DNA of 64,000 nt, from the NCBI GenBank assembly GCA_964430875.1, contig CAYSHP010000005.1, positions 8,740-72,739 of the forward strand. Reading direction: 5' to 3'. Every line of letters begins with the position of its first letter. The stretch's first letter is position 1. Below, piece after piece: positions 1 through 9,422 of the stretch. Origin of the DNA: an uncultured Halanaerobiales bacterium. Its GTDB lineage: Bacteria; Bacillota; Halanaerobiia; Halanaerobiales; M55B127. The notes under the pieces were generated by a model. It was not told where the DNA came from, did not search any database, and saw only the letters and a list, made by a program, of their open reading frames with translations. The position numbers and the translations under genes were made by a program.

Positions 1-1830
1 TACTGCTTTAGTAAATAATGAATCTAGATTGTCTGATTTTTTTAGACCTGTTTTTGCATATTCTAATGCTTTTTTATTTTTACCTTCAAAAGAAGCAATT
101 AATGAAAGTAATAAAACTGTTTCTCGATGGGCGCGGCCCACCTTTTTATCATCTTCTACATCTTCTTTTTTTAGTTCTGTTTTTAAGAGGTCTTCTGCTT
201 CTTTTAATCTACCCGTTCTAATTTTTACCCGGGAATCTAAAATATTACTTGCATTTTCCTCATCTAATTTATTTAGTTTTTCCTGCATCTCTTTTGCCTT
301 ATCTACATTACCTCTATTTAAATAGTTTTCAGCCACCAATCGTAAAAGTACTGATTCATCCCAGTAACTCTCTTTTTCTCTTAATTCTAAAGCTTTCTTT
401 AAATATTTATCAGCTTCTGATGGTTGCACGGTATCAAGATAAATCATGGCCATTTTTTGATAAGCCATACTAATACCTTTATCATTATCATTTTCTTTTA
501 AATATTTTCTGCCTTTACGATACCAATCTAAAGCATCATTATAATTACAGGTAAACCTGTCTATATCACCTTTATATAAGTAAAGTAAAGGGAAGTTTTC
601 TAATATTCTTTCCGGTAATTTTGCAAACCAACTCTCAAAAACAGTAAACCGGCCTGCATTCATCAATTTATTAGCCTTTTCTCTCAATATTTTTGCTGCT
701 GTAAAGTAATCACCACTTTTAATATTGTGATATACTGCTTCTTCAAATTGTCCGTTTTTTTGATAGTATTCTGCAATATCTTTTTGTAATAATGAAATAT
801 TATTTAATTCTTCTTTAACTCTTTTTTGTAAAAAATCATGAAATAAATGATGATATCTGTATTTATTATCATCTAATTGAATGATGAAAAGATCATTTTT
901 AACTAAATACTTTAATATCTGATCACTATTGTTTTTTTCTCTAATAAAATTACAAACTTCTGGAGTTAATATTCTTAAAATTGAGGTTTTAATAAGAAAG
1001 TTCCTTACCTCTTCATTTTGTTTAGATAAAATTTCCTTAGCTAAATAATTAAATAAGTGCTCTAGTGAATCCATGGACTTCTCTTTAACTAATTTTAATT
1101 TGCTACCTTCTTTAAAACCCTGTCTAATCATTTCAACTCCAATAATCCAACCTTCTGTCAGATTATAGATAGTATCAAGTTGTTTTCCGTTAATCTCATA
1201 ATCATAATGTTCTGTATAATATCTTTTTATTTCATCTTTAGTTAACTTCAAATCATCTTCATCTATTTCTAGAATTTGATCTTTAACTCTCCACATGCTT
1301 AAGGATGTTAAATCTGGTGTTTTGCGAGTTGAAAAGATAAAATGCATATTAGGTGGTCTATGGTCAATAAAATGTCCCATTAATTTATTGACTTTCGGAT
1401 GATTATTTAACAAATGATAATCATCAATTATTAGATACACTTCATCATAACGATATTTATCCCATAATTCATTAATTAAAGAATTCAAAACAGGCGTCCA
1501 TTCCTGATTTGTCTCACCTTTTTCTTTAATGAAATTTAAAGTTTTTTCACCTATTTCAGATTGCCTTGTATTAAAGGTATATATTAGATTAATTAAAAAG
1601 GTTAATACATCTCCATCACCTTTGCTTACATTATACCAAAAGACATTTTCTTTATTTCTAAAACCAAAAGTAAGATAAGCACTCTTACCATACCCTGGAC
1701 CTGCTTTAACCATGGTCACAGGATATTTAGAAGTTCTATCAAACAAATCTTTTAAATGTTGCCGGGAAAATATTTTGCTTTTATAATAAGGTGGAAGAAA
1801 TTTTGTCCTAACTACAATATTTCCAAACAC
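1..1830 (-). CDS. MalT-like STAND ATPase transcriptional regulator (N-terminal part; continues beyond window start)
   Basis: Not in the ORF track. Manual translation from GTG at 1830 (RBS AAGGAGAGGT) gives MFGNIVVRTKFLPPYYKSKIFSRQHL...AGPGYGKS (Walker A)...YLIIDDYH (Walker B). The frame is still open at position 1. Confidence 0.75.
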   Translation of the reverse strand, partial: MFGNIVVRTKFLPPYYKSKIFSRQHLKDLFDRTSKYPVTMVKAGPGYGKSAYLTFGFRNKENVFWYNVSKGDGDVLTFLINLIYTFNTRQSEIGEKTLNFIKEKGETNQEWTPVLNSLINELWDKYRYDEVYLIIDDYHLLNNHPKVNKLMGHFIDHRPPNMHFIFSTRKTPDLTSLSMWRVKDQILEIDEDDLKLTKDEIKRYYTEHYDYEINGKQLDTIYNLTEGWIIGVEMIRQGFKEGSKLKLVKEKSMDSLEHLFNYLAKEILSKQNEEVRNFLIKTSILRILTPEVCNFIREKNNSDQILKYLVKNDLFIIQLDDNKYRYHHLFHDFLQKRVKEELNNISLLQKDIAEYYQKNGQFEEAVYHNIKSGDYFTAAKILREKANKLMNAGRFTVFESWFAKLPERILENFPLLYLYKGDIDRFTCNYNDALDWYRKGRKYLKENDNDKGISMAYQKMAMIYLDTVQPSEADKYLKKALELREKESYWDESVLLRLVAENYLNRGNVDKAKEMQEKLNKLDEENASNILDSRVKIRTGRLKEAEDLLKTELKKEDVEDDKKVGRAHRETVLLLSLIASFEGKNKKALEYAKTGLKKSDNLDSLFTKAV

Positions 1831-1869
1831 TTTTACACCTCTCCTTATTTTTATTCCTGTAGAAAATAA

Positions 1870-1894
1870 CTTCAAGAAATCAAACAAAATTCCT
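1870..1894 (-). promoter_or_regulatory. SigH-like promoter candidate (AGGA-N17-GAAG)
   Basis: Same spacing as four other AGG(A/T/G)-N17-GAAT motifs upstream of genes in this window. Confidence 0.35.
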
Positions 1895-1973
1895 CTAATT
1901 ATACCAAGATATTCCTTATAAATTTATAGATAATCACTAAATTTAACTTTTTATATCTTCTTAACTTTTTTTC

Positions 1974-2002
1974 TTGACATTTTTTTCACAATACGTTATC
2001 AT
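1974..2002 (+). promoter_or_regulatory. sigma-A promoter TTGACA-17-TATCAT
   Basis: Perfect -35, 17-bp spacer and near-consensus -10 upstream of the 2045 gene. Confidence 0.7.
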
Positions 2003-2044
2003 TAAAGAAAGTTGAGTATTATTATCATAATAGGAGGAATTACA

Positions 2045-2542
2045 ATGAAAGTAAAAAGTTTTGCAATTTTATTAATGGTTTCAGTTCTAATATTAGTACC
2101 TGCGGTAGTTAGTGCTCAGGATGGAACCTCAGCTGCTTCACAACCACAAAACGATGAGCAGTTAATGGAAGCAATGAGTGCAGATGGTACCTGGATTATA
2201 ATCTTCAATGAAGATTATAAGACTGACAAAGAATTGGTAATGGCAGGCGAACACAAAAACCGCGGTGAAGTAGACCGCAAATTAGCTCTATATGCTTCAG
2301 ATAGCGACCATAACGTAACAGATAGATATACCCTTGAAGCTCCTAGTATTACAGTTAAAAGCCCTAAAACAAGATTCCAAGTTGGTACCTTTGTTGGTGA
2401 CGTATACGTGGAAGCCAATAACTTTAGTTTAAGACAAGGATTTACTGTTGACGGAAATGTTTACTTTGCAAACGAAGAAGCTCTAGCTACCTTCACAATT
2501 CAAGGTGGTGCAGAAGTAACTGGCGATTTAACTTTAGAATAA
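2045..2542 (+). CDS. Secreted protein with C-terminal beta-helix/bactofilin-like repeats (uncharacterised Firmicute family)
   Basis: ATG 2045 follows RBS AGGAGG. Sec signal peptide ends VVSA-Q. GDVYV/GNVYF/GDLTL repeats; acidic. Confidence 0.65.
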   Translation: MKVKSFAILLMVSVLILVPAVVSAQDGTSAASQPQNDEQLMEAMSADGTWIIIFNEDYKTDKELVMAGEHKNRGEVDRKLALYASDSDHNVTDRYTLEAPSITVKSPKTRFQVGTFVGDVYVEANNFSLRQGFTVDGNVYFANEEALATFTIQGGAEVTGDLTLE

Positions 2543-2567
2543 ATTAAATTATTATATCTGTAATTAT

Positions 2568-2610
2568 AAACCGGCTTGTCATTCAATTGAATGATGAGCC
2601 GGTTTTTTTA
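2568..2610 (+). terminator. Intrinsic terminator
   Basis: AACCGGCTTGTCATTCAATTGAATGATGAGCCGGTT hairpin followed by a T run. Confidence 0.85.
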
Positions 2611-2772
2611 TTTACTTTCTCATTATTTTCCTATATTATATTTATTGAGTAATCATTTTATAGATGATATTTATATAATTTTGCTTTGCAACTATATTGT
2701 AACTTGTGGGTAACAAATGTTTATTACAATATATATTAGAAATGATTACATATAAAAATAGGAGGGATTCTT

Positions 2773-3951
2773 TTGAAAGAAGTTGTTATAGCTAGTGCAA
2801 CACGTACTGCTATTGGTTCTTTTGGTAAGGGGTTAAAAGATGTTCCTGTTGTTGATTTGGGTGCTAAGGTAATAAAATCTGTTTTAGATAGATCTAAAGT
2901 AGATCCTAAAGTCGTTGATGATGTAAAAATGGGTATAATTTTACAGGCAGGCCAAGGTCAAAATCCAGCCCGCCAAGCTTCCCTAAAAGCCGGTTTAGAT
3001 GTTGATGTTCCTGCCATGTCAGTAAATATTTTATGTGGATCTGGTCTAAAATCTGTTAATCTAGCGGTTCAAGAAATACTATTAGGAGATGCAGATGTTG
3101 TAGTAGCTGGTGGGATGGAAAGTATGAGTAGAGCACCCTATCTTTTAGATAAAGCTCGTTATGGTTATAAGATGGGAGATGGAAAAGTTGTAGATTCTAT
3201 GATTAAAGATGGCTTAACTTGTGCTATTAATGAATATCATATGGGAGTTACTGCTGAAAATTTAGCAGATAAATATGATTTAAGCAGAGAAAGTCAAGAT
3301 GAGTTTGCAGCTAAAAGTCAACAAAAGGCAATTGAAGCTATTGATAATGATCGTTTCCAGGATGAAATTGTTCCAGTTGAAATTCCTCAGCGTAAAGGAG
3401 ATCCAAAAGTATTTAATAAAGATGAATACCCGCGCAGAGGTGTAACTAAAGAATCTTTATCCAAATTAAGACCTGCCTTTAAAAAAGATGGTTCAGTAAC
3501 TGCTGGTAATGCTTCTGGTATTAATGATGGAGCTGCAGCTTTATTAGTAATGAGCAAGGAAAAAGCAGAAGAATTAGGGGTTAAACCTTTAGCAAGAATT
3601 GTTTCCTATTCTACAGCTGCTGTAGATCCAAAAATTATGGGAATTGGACCTGTACCTTCTGTTAAAAAAGCACTTAAAAAATGTGATTGGAACTTTGAAG
3701 ATATTGAATTAGTTGAATTAAATGAAGCTTTTGCTGCCCAATCATTAGCTGTATTAGAAGAATTACCTTTTGAACCTAATATTGTGAATGTAAATGGAGG
3801 TGCAATCGCACTTGGTCATCCTATTGGAGCCAGTGGAGCAAGAATCTTAGTAACTCTTTTATATGAAATGGAAAAAAGGGATTTAAATAAAGGACTTGCC
3901 TCACTTTGTGTAGGCGGTGGTATGGGTGTAACTACAATTGTAGAAAGATAA
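2773..3951 (+). CDS. thlA: Acetyl-CoA C-acetyltransferase (thiolase)
   Basis: Catalytic motifs [23 protein letters not shown] and SLCVGGGMG; 392 aa. Confidence 0.95.
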   Translation: MKEVVIASATRTAIGSFGKGLKDVPVVDLGAKVIKSVLDRSKVDPKVVDDVKMGIILQAGQGQNPARQASLKAGLDVDVPAMSVNILCGSGLKSVNLAVQEILLGDADVVVAGGMESMSRAPYLLDKARYGYKMGDGKVVDSMIKDGLTCAINEYHMGVTAENLADKYDLSRESQDEFAAKSQQKAIEAIDNDRFQDEIVPVEIPQRKGDPKVFNKDEYPRRGVTKESLSKLRPAFKKDGSVTAGNASGINDGAAALLVMSKEKAEELGVKPLARIVSYSTAAVDPKIMGIGPVPSVKKALKKCDWNFEDIELVELNEAFAAQSLAVLEELPFEPNIVNVNGGAIALGHPIGASGARILVTLLYEMEKRDLNKGLASLCVGGGMGVTTIVER

Positions 3952-3988
3952 TCTAAATTTAAAAATATAGATATTTTTATATAGAAAT

Positions 3989-4026
3989 AAAAAAACCTGT
4001 TTGGCTATAAACCAAACAGGTTTTTT
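3989..4026. terminator. Bidirectional intrinsic terminator
   Basis: AAAAAAACCTGTTTGG-CTATAAA-CCAAACAGGTTTTTT between convergent thlA and csp. Confidence 0.85.
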
Positions 4027-4046
4027 CTATCCATAATCTTTTAATT

Positions 4047-4075
4047 AAAAAACCCGACTTACTTTGAAGCCGGGG
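4047..4075 (-). terminator. Intrinsic terminator of the cold-shock gene
   Basis: Minus strand CCCGGCTT-CAAAGT-AAGTCGGG-TTTTTT. Confidence 0.7.
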
Positions 4076-4103
4076 ATTAGTTGCTATATCTTATAATAAT
4101 ATA

Positions 4104-4307
4104 TTATAATTTAACAACATTCTCAGCCTGTAGGCCGCGGTCGCCTTCAACGATTTCAAATTCTACTTCTTGGTCTTCATTTAAAGTCTTGAAACCATCA
4201 TCTTGAATAGCTGAAAAATGAACAAATACGTCGTCTCCATCTTCTCTTTCAATAAATCCATAACCCTTTTTCTCATCAAACCATTTTACTGTTCCTGTGT
4301 AAGTCAT
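4104..4307 (-). CDS. cspA: Cold-shock protein (CSD)
   Basis: RNP1 KGYGFI and RNP2 VFVHFS; 67 aa. Confidence 0.95.
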   Translation of the reverse strand: MTYTGTVKWFDEKKGYGFIEREDGDDVFVHFSAIQDDGFKTLNEDQEVEFEIVEGDRGLQAENVVKL

Positions 4308-4374
4308 TAAAATAAATTCCTCCTAAATTTCTTTATTGAGCATTCTTACTTGTTTTTTTCTGCTCAACAGGTTT

Positions 4375-4403
4375 AATATACCACAATATGCCTTAGTTGT
4401 CAA
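4375..4403 (-). promoter_or_regulatory. sigma-A promoter of csp (TTGACA-17-TATATT, TG just upstream of -10)
   Basis: Minus strand TTGACAACTAAGGCATATTGTGGTATATT. Confidence 0.8.
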
Positions 4404-4419
4404 CAGTAATAGCGGATAT

Positions 4420-4686
4420 TTAACCTTTTTTATCAGATATTGACATTTTTACTAATTTTGCATCAACCCTCTTAATATTATCTAATTCTTTTATTAGTTC
4501 ATTTATATTATCTTCAGAACCCTTTACATTTAAAAATATGAGTCCTTCTTCTGCACAGTTACTGGTTTCATGCATTCCCAATCTAGTTTTAATAATACAG
4601 CCATTTTCTGTTAAAATTTCTTGTACTTTTAAAGCCGCATCAGTCCTTTTGTCAATAAGAATTAAAATTACATTAGTTTTATCCAT
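4420..4686 (-). CDS. Small ACT-like fold protein (TM1266/NikR C-terminal-like family)
   Basis: 88 aa with pattern KVQEILTENGCIIKTRLGMHE...GLIFLNV; RBS GGAGA. Confidence 0.55.
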   Translation of the reverse strand: MDKTNVILILIDKRTDAALKVQEILTENGCIIKTRLGMHETSNCAEEGLIFLNVKGSEDNINELIKELDNIKRVDAKLVKMSISDKKG

Positions 4687-4702
4687 ATTACCATCTCCTT
4701 TT

Positions 4703-5905
4703 TTAAAAATTAATGTTATCAGTTTTAATTATTAGCTTTTTTGCCCTTAAATATTCCATGAATATATCGATAGCTTCTCTTATCTTTTTATTGATATCTG
4801 AGTTTGCTTTACAATCTGATTCCCACCACCAATTTTTAACTGTGAATACTTTTGTTTCTTTATCATATTTCGGTTCAAAACGACCAATAAATCTATCTCC
4901 ATATAAGACTGGTAGTACATAATATCCATATTTTCTTTCATCAATTGGTTTATATACTTCCCATTTATAAGCAAAGTCAAATATATCACTAATCATATTT
5001 CTATTCCAAATCAAATTATCTAGAGGTGCTATAAAAGAAACTTTATTTTCATATTCTACACCTGAAATTACTTTATTTAAAAGATTTTCTTCCTCTTTTC
5101 TAATATAATAAGTTCTTTTTAAACCTTTTATATTAATAGGTATTAGTTTATTTGCTCTTTTTAATTTATCAATAGCCTGGTTTCTGTGTTTCTTTTTCAT
5201 ACCTTTGATACCTAACCAGGTAGTTTCTGATAAATTTCTTATTAAACCAATACTTCCGGTTCTCCTTAATAGATGCCAAGTGAAATAATCTTGTTTTGAA
5301 GCAAATTCTTTTTCAATTGAATATATTTTATCAGGTAAATATTTATAAGCTAAACCATATATTTTTTTGGTACCTTTTCGATGATGAATTATTAATTCTC
5401 CCCACTTGTACATCGACTCTAAGATTACTTTACTTATTCTAGCCGGAGACCAGGACCAATTTACTTTTGTATCAAAATTTAAATCAGTAGAAGATAGAGG
5501 ACCTTTTTTATTTAATATATCCCTAACTTTTGGAATTAAATTTTTGACTTTATTATTAGCTTCCTTATAATATTTTTGATAAGCTTCTTTACGATATTTT
5601 GCAAAAAAGGGGCGATCATTTATTGAATATATGGACTTGTTTTTATCCCATCCTTCTATTAACTTTCTTTCTTTGTACATAATATGTTCCGCCATCGCTT
5701 TTTTATAATTTTTTACTCTAGCCTGTAAAACTAAATGATGGTTTTCTCCTACTTGATCAAGAGGATCATATTGAATACATCCCACTTTATTTATATAATT
5801 TAAAACGCCCTTTTCTCCTTTAAGTTTTCGGGGAAAAAGCAAATTTTGATGACTTAATAAAAACTCTCTAGCTTGATTTTTATTTATGCTGTATTTAATA
5901 TTCAT
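4703..5905 (-). CDS. ycaQ: YcaQ/AlkZ-family DNA crosslink-repair glycosylase (winged helix)
   Basis: IQYDP (QxD motif), FIAPLDNLIWNR and YKWEVYKP...RKYGYYVLPVLYGDRFIGR. Confidence 0.85.
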   Translation of the reverse strand: MNIKYSINKNQAREFLLSHQNLLFPRKLKGEKGVLNYINKVGCIQYDPLDQVGENHHLVLQARVKNYKKAMAEHIMYKERKLIEGWDKNKSIYSINDRPFFAKYRKEAYQKYYKEANNKVKNLIPKVRDILNKKGPLSSTDLNFDTKVNWSWSPARISKVILESMYKWGELIIHHRKGTKKIYGLAYKYLPDKIYSIEKEFASKQDYFTWHLLRRTGSIGLIRNLSETTWLGIKGMKKKHRNQAIDKLKRANKLIPINIKGLKRTYYIRKEEENLLNKVISGVEYENKVSFIAPLDNLIWNRNMISDIFDFAYKWEVYKPIDERKYGYYVLPVLYGDRFIGRFEPKYDKETKVFTVKNWWWESDCKANSDINKKIREAIDIFMEYLRAKKLIIKTDNINF

Positions 5906-5922
5906 CTAAAACATCCTTGCTG

Positions 5923-6717
5923 TTATTTATTTTTTTCAATAGTAATTTGTGCTCTATCATTAAAGAAACTATTCATACCCCACTTTACCATTAAGTAAAC
6001 TGTTAAAGTTACACTACCTAATATCCCCATCATAATAGCAATTTGGTATTTAATTGCTGTTAATGGGGCTGCCCCTGCCAGTATTTGACCGGTCATCATA
6101 CCAGGTAAAAAAACTATCCCCATGCCTATCATGGAATTAATAGTAGGTAATACTGCATTATAAAAAGATCTATTTTGAATTTCTTTTGTGGCTGCTTTAG
6201 GAGTAGCTCCTAACATCAAAGCATTTTCAATTCTTTCTTTATTATCATTTACACCGGTAATTAATCCTTGCGCACCTAATGAAATTCCAGTCATAGAATT
6301 ACCAATTAACATCCCTGATATAGGGATAAAATACTGAGGCATAAACCAGGGATCAATATTTATGACAATAAATAGGAAGAATAAAATACTAGTTAAAGTA
6401 CCGCCGAACATTGAAATACCAATGATTAATTTTAAGTTACTTGATAATTTTCTTTCTACCCTTGAATAAATATTAAAGATCGCAAATATTTCCATAACTA
6501 ATAAAATCAAAATAGTAATATAGGGATTAGGGTTTTCAAAAACATAGGTTAAAACATAACCAACTAAAACCAGCTGAATCGTCATTCTAAAAGAAGCAAT
6601 TATTATCTGTTTTTCATGGCCAATCTTTTCATTTTTAACAATAAATAATAAAATCATAACAAAAATATAGGCTATCACCAAATTTATAATAGATATATCA
6701 AATATTGTGTCTGTCAT
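5923..6717 (-). CDS. fetB: ABC transporter permease, UPF0014/FetB family
   Basis: RMTIQLVLVGYVL, IPISGMLIGNSM, LPGMMTGQILAG and AIKYQIAIM motifs. Confidence 0.9.
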   Translation of the reverse strand: MTDTIFDISIINLVIAYIFVMILLFIVKNEKIGHEKQIIIASFRMTIQLVLVGYVLTYVFENPNPYITILILLVMEIFAIFNIYSRVERKLSSNLKLIIGISMFGGTLTSILFFLFIVINIDPWFMPQYFIPISGMLIGNSMTGISLGAQGLITGVNDNKERIENALMLGATPKAATKEIQNRSFYNAVLPTINSMIGMGIVFLPGMMTGQILAGAAPLTAIKYQIAIMMGILGSVTLTVYLMVKWGMNSFFNDRAQITIEKNK

Positions 6718-6732
6718 AAAATACTCTCCTTT

Positions 6733-7368
6733 TTAATTTATCTTATCAAGTTCACCTTCATTAATAGTTATAATCTGGTCCCCATATTTATTGGCAATTT
6801 CTTTAGAATGGGTAACCATAATTAAAGTACCATTTTTTTCTTTGATACACTTTACTACCATCTCTATTATTAATCTTTCAGTTTCTTCATCTAAAGCTGA
6901 AGAAGGCTCATCTAAAAGTAATATATCCGGATCAAGGATTAAAATGCGAGCTAATGCTAATCTTTGTTTTTCTCCTCCCGAAAGTTTTTCTGCATCATCA
7001 TCTAAATTTTGCTCTTTTAAACCAACTTTATCGAGAATTTTATTATACTTTTCATCTGACATAGCATATTCATCGTTATAATTTAAAGTCACCGTGAAAT
7101 TATATCTTATAGTACCTGAAAAAATTATTGGATTTTGCGGAAGCATAAGTACTTCTCTTCTTAATTTTATAGGATTATATTCACCTATACTTTGACCTTT
7201 AAATTTTATCTGGCCACTATCTGGACTCACCATATTATTTAACAACCTTAAAAAAGTCGATTTTCCTCCACCACTACGTCCCACAATACAAGTTATTTTT
7301 CCTTCATTAATTGTAAGATCATCTATCTTAAGAATATCTTTATACTTAACATTATATAATTCAAACAT
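6733..7368 (-). CDS. fetA: ABC transporter ATP-binding protein, FetA-like
   Basis: GRSGGGKST, LSGGEKQR and LLLDEPSS. Start moved to ATG 7368, which follows RBS GGAGGG. Confidence 0.85.
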   Translation of the reverse strand: MFELYNVKYKDILKIDDLTINEGKITCIVGRSGGGKSTFLRLLNNMVSPDSGQIKFKGQSIGEYNPIKLRREVLMLPQNPIIFSGTIRYNFTVTLNYNDEYAMSDEKYNKILDKVGLKEQNLDDDAEKLSGGEKQRLALARILILDPDILLLDEPSSALDEETERLIIEMVVKCIKEKNGTLIMVTHSKEIANKYGDQIITINEGELDKIN

Positions 7369-7413
7369 ATAAACCCTCCAATTCAAAGGTGATAGAACTT
7401 ATCAATATTTATT

Positions 7414-7438
7414 ATTCTATAACTTATTGTATATTCCT
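7414..7438 (-). promoter_or_regulatory. SigH-like promoter (AGGA-N17-GAAT)
   Basis: Matches the B. subtilis SigH consensus spacing upstream of fetA. Confidence 0.5.
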
Positions 7439-7440
7439 CT

Positions 7441-7475
7441 AAAAAAAGAAAAACTTCAGCTTAAAAAGCTGAAGT
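7441..7475 (-). terminator. Intrinsic terminator after DUF4914
   Basis: ACTTCAGCTT/AAGCTGAAGT stem with a T run on the minus strand. Confidence 0.75.
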
Positions 7476-7491
7476 CTTGATATTTTTTAAT

Positions 7492-9387
7492 TTATTCCTC
7501 TTTTATGACCGGATAATCAATTAAAGACATATAATCTTGTAAAGTTCCTTTAGATAAGAAACAATCAATTATTTTTTTACCTAAAGGTAAAAGCTCATCT
7601 CGATCATAATTTTTTAAGTAATCTTCAAAAAATTCTCTTAAGATTTCTGCACCTTGATCAAAAGCCTTTTTACCTACTTCAGGCTGATTTTGTACCTTTA
7701 ATAATTCTCTCTCAATCATCTGACCTTCTACCATGACATCTTTTAAAGCATAACCTAAAAGTGGTAATCTGGCCGGTTCAATCTGTTTTTCAGTAAACCA
7801 GGCTCCTCCTCGACGGGCTAAATATTCACGGGCAATCCATTCAGGCATAAAGCCAACATTCCAGGAGCCAATATATTGATTTGGGCATAAAATATACTTT
7901 ACTTCGGGTGAATCTACTATTTGTTTCAATAGGATATTAGCCTGATCAATTTTACGCCCTGTTGCAAAAGGCCAGTAAGAACCTACCCCTTCTGAACTCA
8001 TGCCTTCCGAATCATTGATACTTGGATTCCCATGTCCTCTAGGAGATACTAATCTCCAAAGCCAAGCTAAAGCGGGTGGTAAAACATGAAATAATCCTAA
8101 AATTCCATAGGTAGGATTTTCCTTAGTACAAGGGGGAGTTCGTACTCCAAACCCTCTCACATCTATATTTACTTCTCCCTCAATTACACCCGGTACATCA
8201 TCTCTAGGAATAACTACTCTCGGATTAGGACAAGATTTACCTGGTTCATCTTCTATATGTTCCCATATTAAAGCAGTACTATTTGGTGCAGCATCAATAT
8301 TTAAAAATAATAATGGGCTTTCTGGATGACAGGTAATTGATTCCAGATGAGGATCTACCCCATACTGTTCAATATGGTCTACTCTCACAAACCAAGCATT
8401 TTCTGCATCTTTTAAAGTTAATTTACCATTACCTGATTGCAGATAAGAAGGGGTTACTGCCATATCATCAGCAATTGGTCTTAAACTACAACCCTGAGGT
8501 AATGTTATTTTATATTCATCACCAGTTACAATATTTTCACCAAGCTTAATTCTACCGCTTCTTTCCCGATGCATATCCTGCAACATCTCTGATTTGCCGG
8601 CACCACTGGCACCTTCATAAGCTATATTTAATTTATTATCATAAGGGGTAACGACTTGTACAGCGGAACAATGTAAAGTAGGCCATTCATTTTTCTCCCC
8701 CAAATTAATTAACATACTATATACACCTTTTTTAGCACTAGGACCAGGATAAAGATTATAGCTAAAAAGTTCGTAGTTATTTTTTAAACGATTATGTACT
8801 ACTACCTGATCTCCTTCAAAGTGAGTATATCTAAAGGGAGGAGCCACAAAGATATATCCTTTCGGTTTAATTTCTTTTTCTATATTATCTAATTTTTTTA
8901 TCCCCTGTAGTAAAGAAAGTCCAAAAGCAAAAAAGCCTGCATTAGCAGGGGCAATAGCCATTACCGGATAATTTAAATTCTCCGGACCAGCTTCAAATAA
9001 AAATGCGACAAGGGATTGATTTTTTAACCATGCAAAGGTTTCCTGCCTAATATTTTCAAAATCTTCATCAAATCTTTCTTTGAATCTTTCTTTATCAGTA
9101 GGATAATCATCTGCTATCACCATACAATCAGGGTCCCTTCTTCTCATATAGGGTTCAGTGAAATTAGCAGCTATACCATTTCTTGCTTTACAAACCCTAG
9201 CATCAACCACTTCTTCTCCATTCTCTAGATGATAAGTTACATCTTTTTGACCATCCTGACTGTTCTTTAAAGATAATTTTCTTAACGTTTCAACTTCATC
9301 TACAATTTGAAAATCAGAACATTCTTCAATAATTTTTTGCATTGGTTGTGATAAATTAAAATCATTTAAAATTTCTTTTGTCTTCAT
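7492..9387 (-). CDS. DUF4914 family protein (PEP carboxykinase-like, P-loop)
   Basis: RRRDPDCMVIAD, YEGASGAGKSEM P-loop, IADDMA and CPNPRV. Start ATG 9387 follows RBS GGGAG; the track's extension to 9435 runs into the IS end. Confidence 0.75.
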   Translation of the reverse strand: MKTKEILNDFNLSQPMQKIIEECSDFQIVDEVETLRKLSLKNSQDGQKDVTYHLENGEEVVDARVCKARNGIAANFTEPYMRRRDPDCMVIADDYPTDKERFKERFDEDFENIRQETFAWLKNQSLVAFLFEAGPENLNYPVMAIAPANAGFFAFGLSLLQGIKKLDNIEKEIKPKGYIFVAPPFRYTHFEGDQVVVHNRLKNNYELFSYNLYPGPSAKKGVYSMLINLGEKNEWPTLHCSAVQVVTPYDNKLNIAYEGASGAGKSEMLQDMHRERSGRIKLGENIVTGDEYKITLPQGCSLRPIADDMAVTPSYLQSGNGKLTLKDAENAWFVRVDHIEQYGVDPHLESITCHPESPLLFLNIDAAPNSTALIWEHIEDEPGKSCPNPRVVIPRDDVPGVIEGEVNIDVRGFGVRTPPCTKENPTYGILGLFHVLPPALAWLWRLVSPRGHGNPSINDSEGMSSEGVGSYWPFATGRKIDQANILLKQIVDSPEVKYILCPNQYIGSWNVGFMPEWIAREYLARRGGAWFTEKQIEPARLPLLGYALKDVMVEGQMIERELLKVQNQPEVGKKAFDQGAEILREFFEDYLKNYDRDELLPLGKKIIDCFLSKGTLQDYMSLIDYPVIKEE

Positions 9388-9422
9388 AATATACTCCCTA
9401 CTTTCTACTTTTTTGGTGTTAT

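Noticed and set aside
18-473. Three short + strand ORFs (67-98 aa)
   Set aside because: They lie antisense to the long MalT-like frame, lack an RBS and have shadow-ORF composition.
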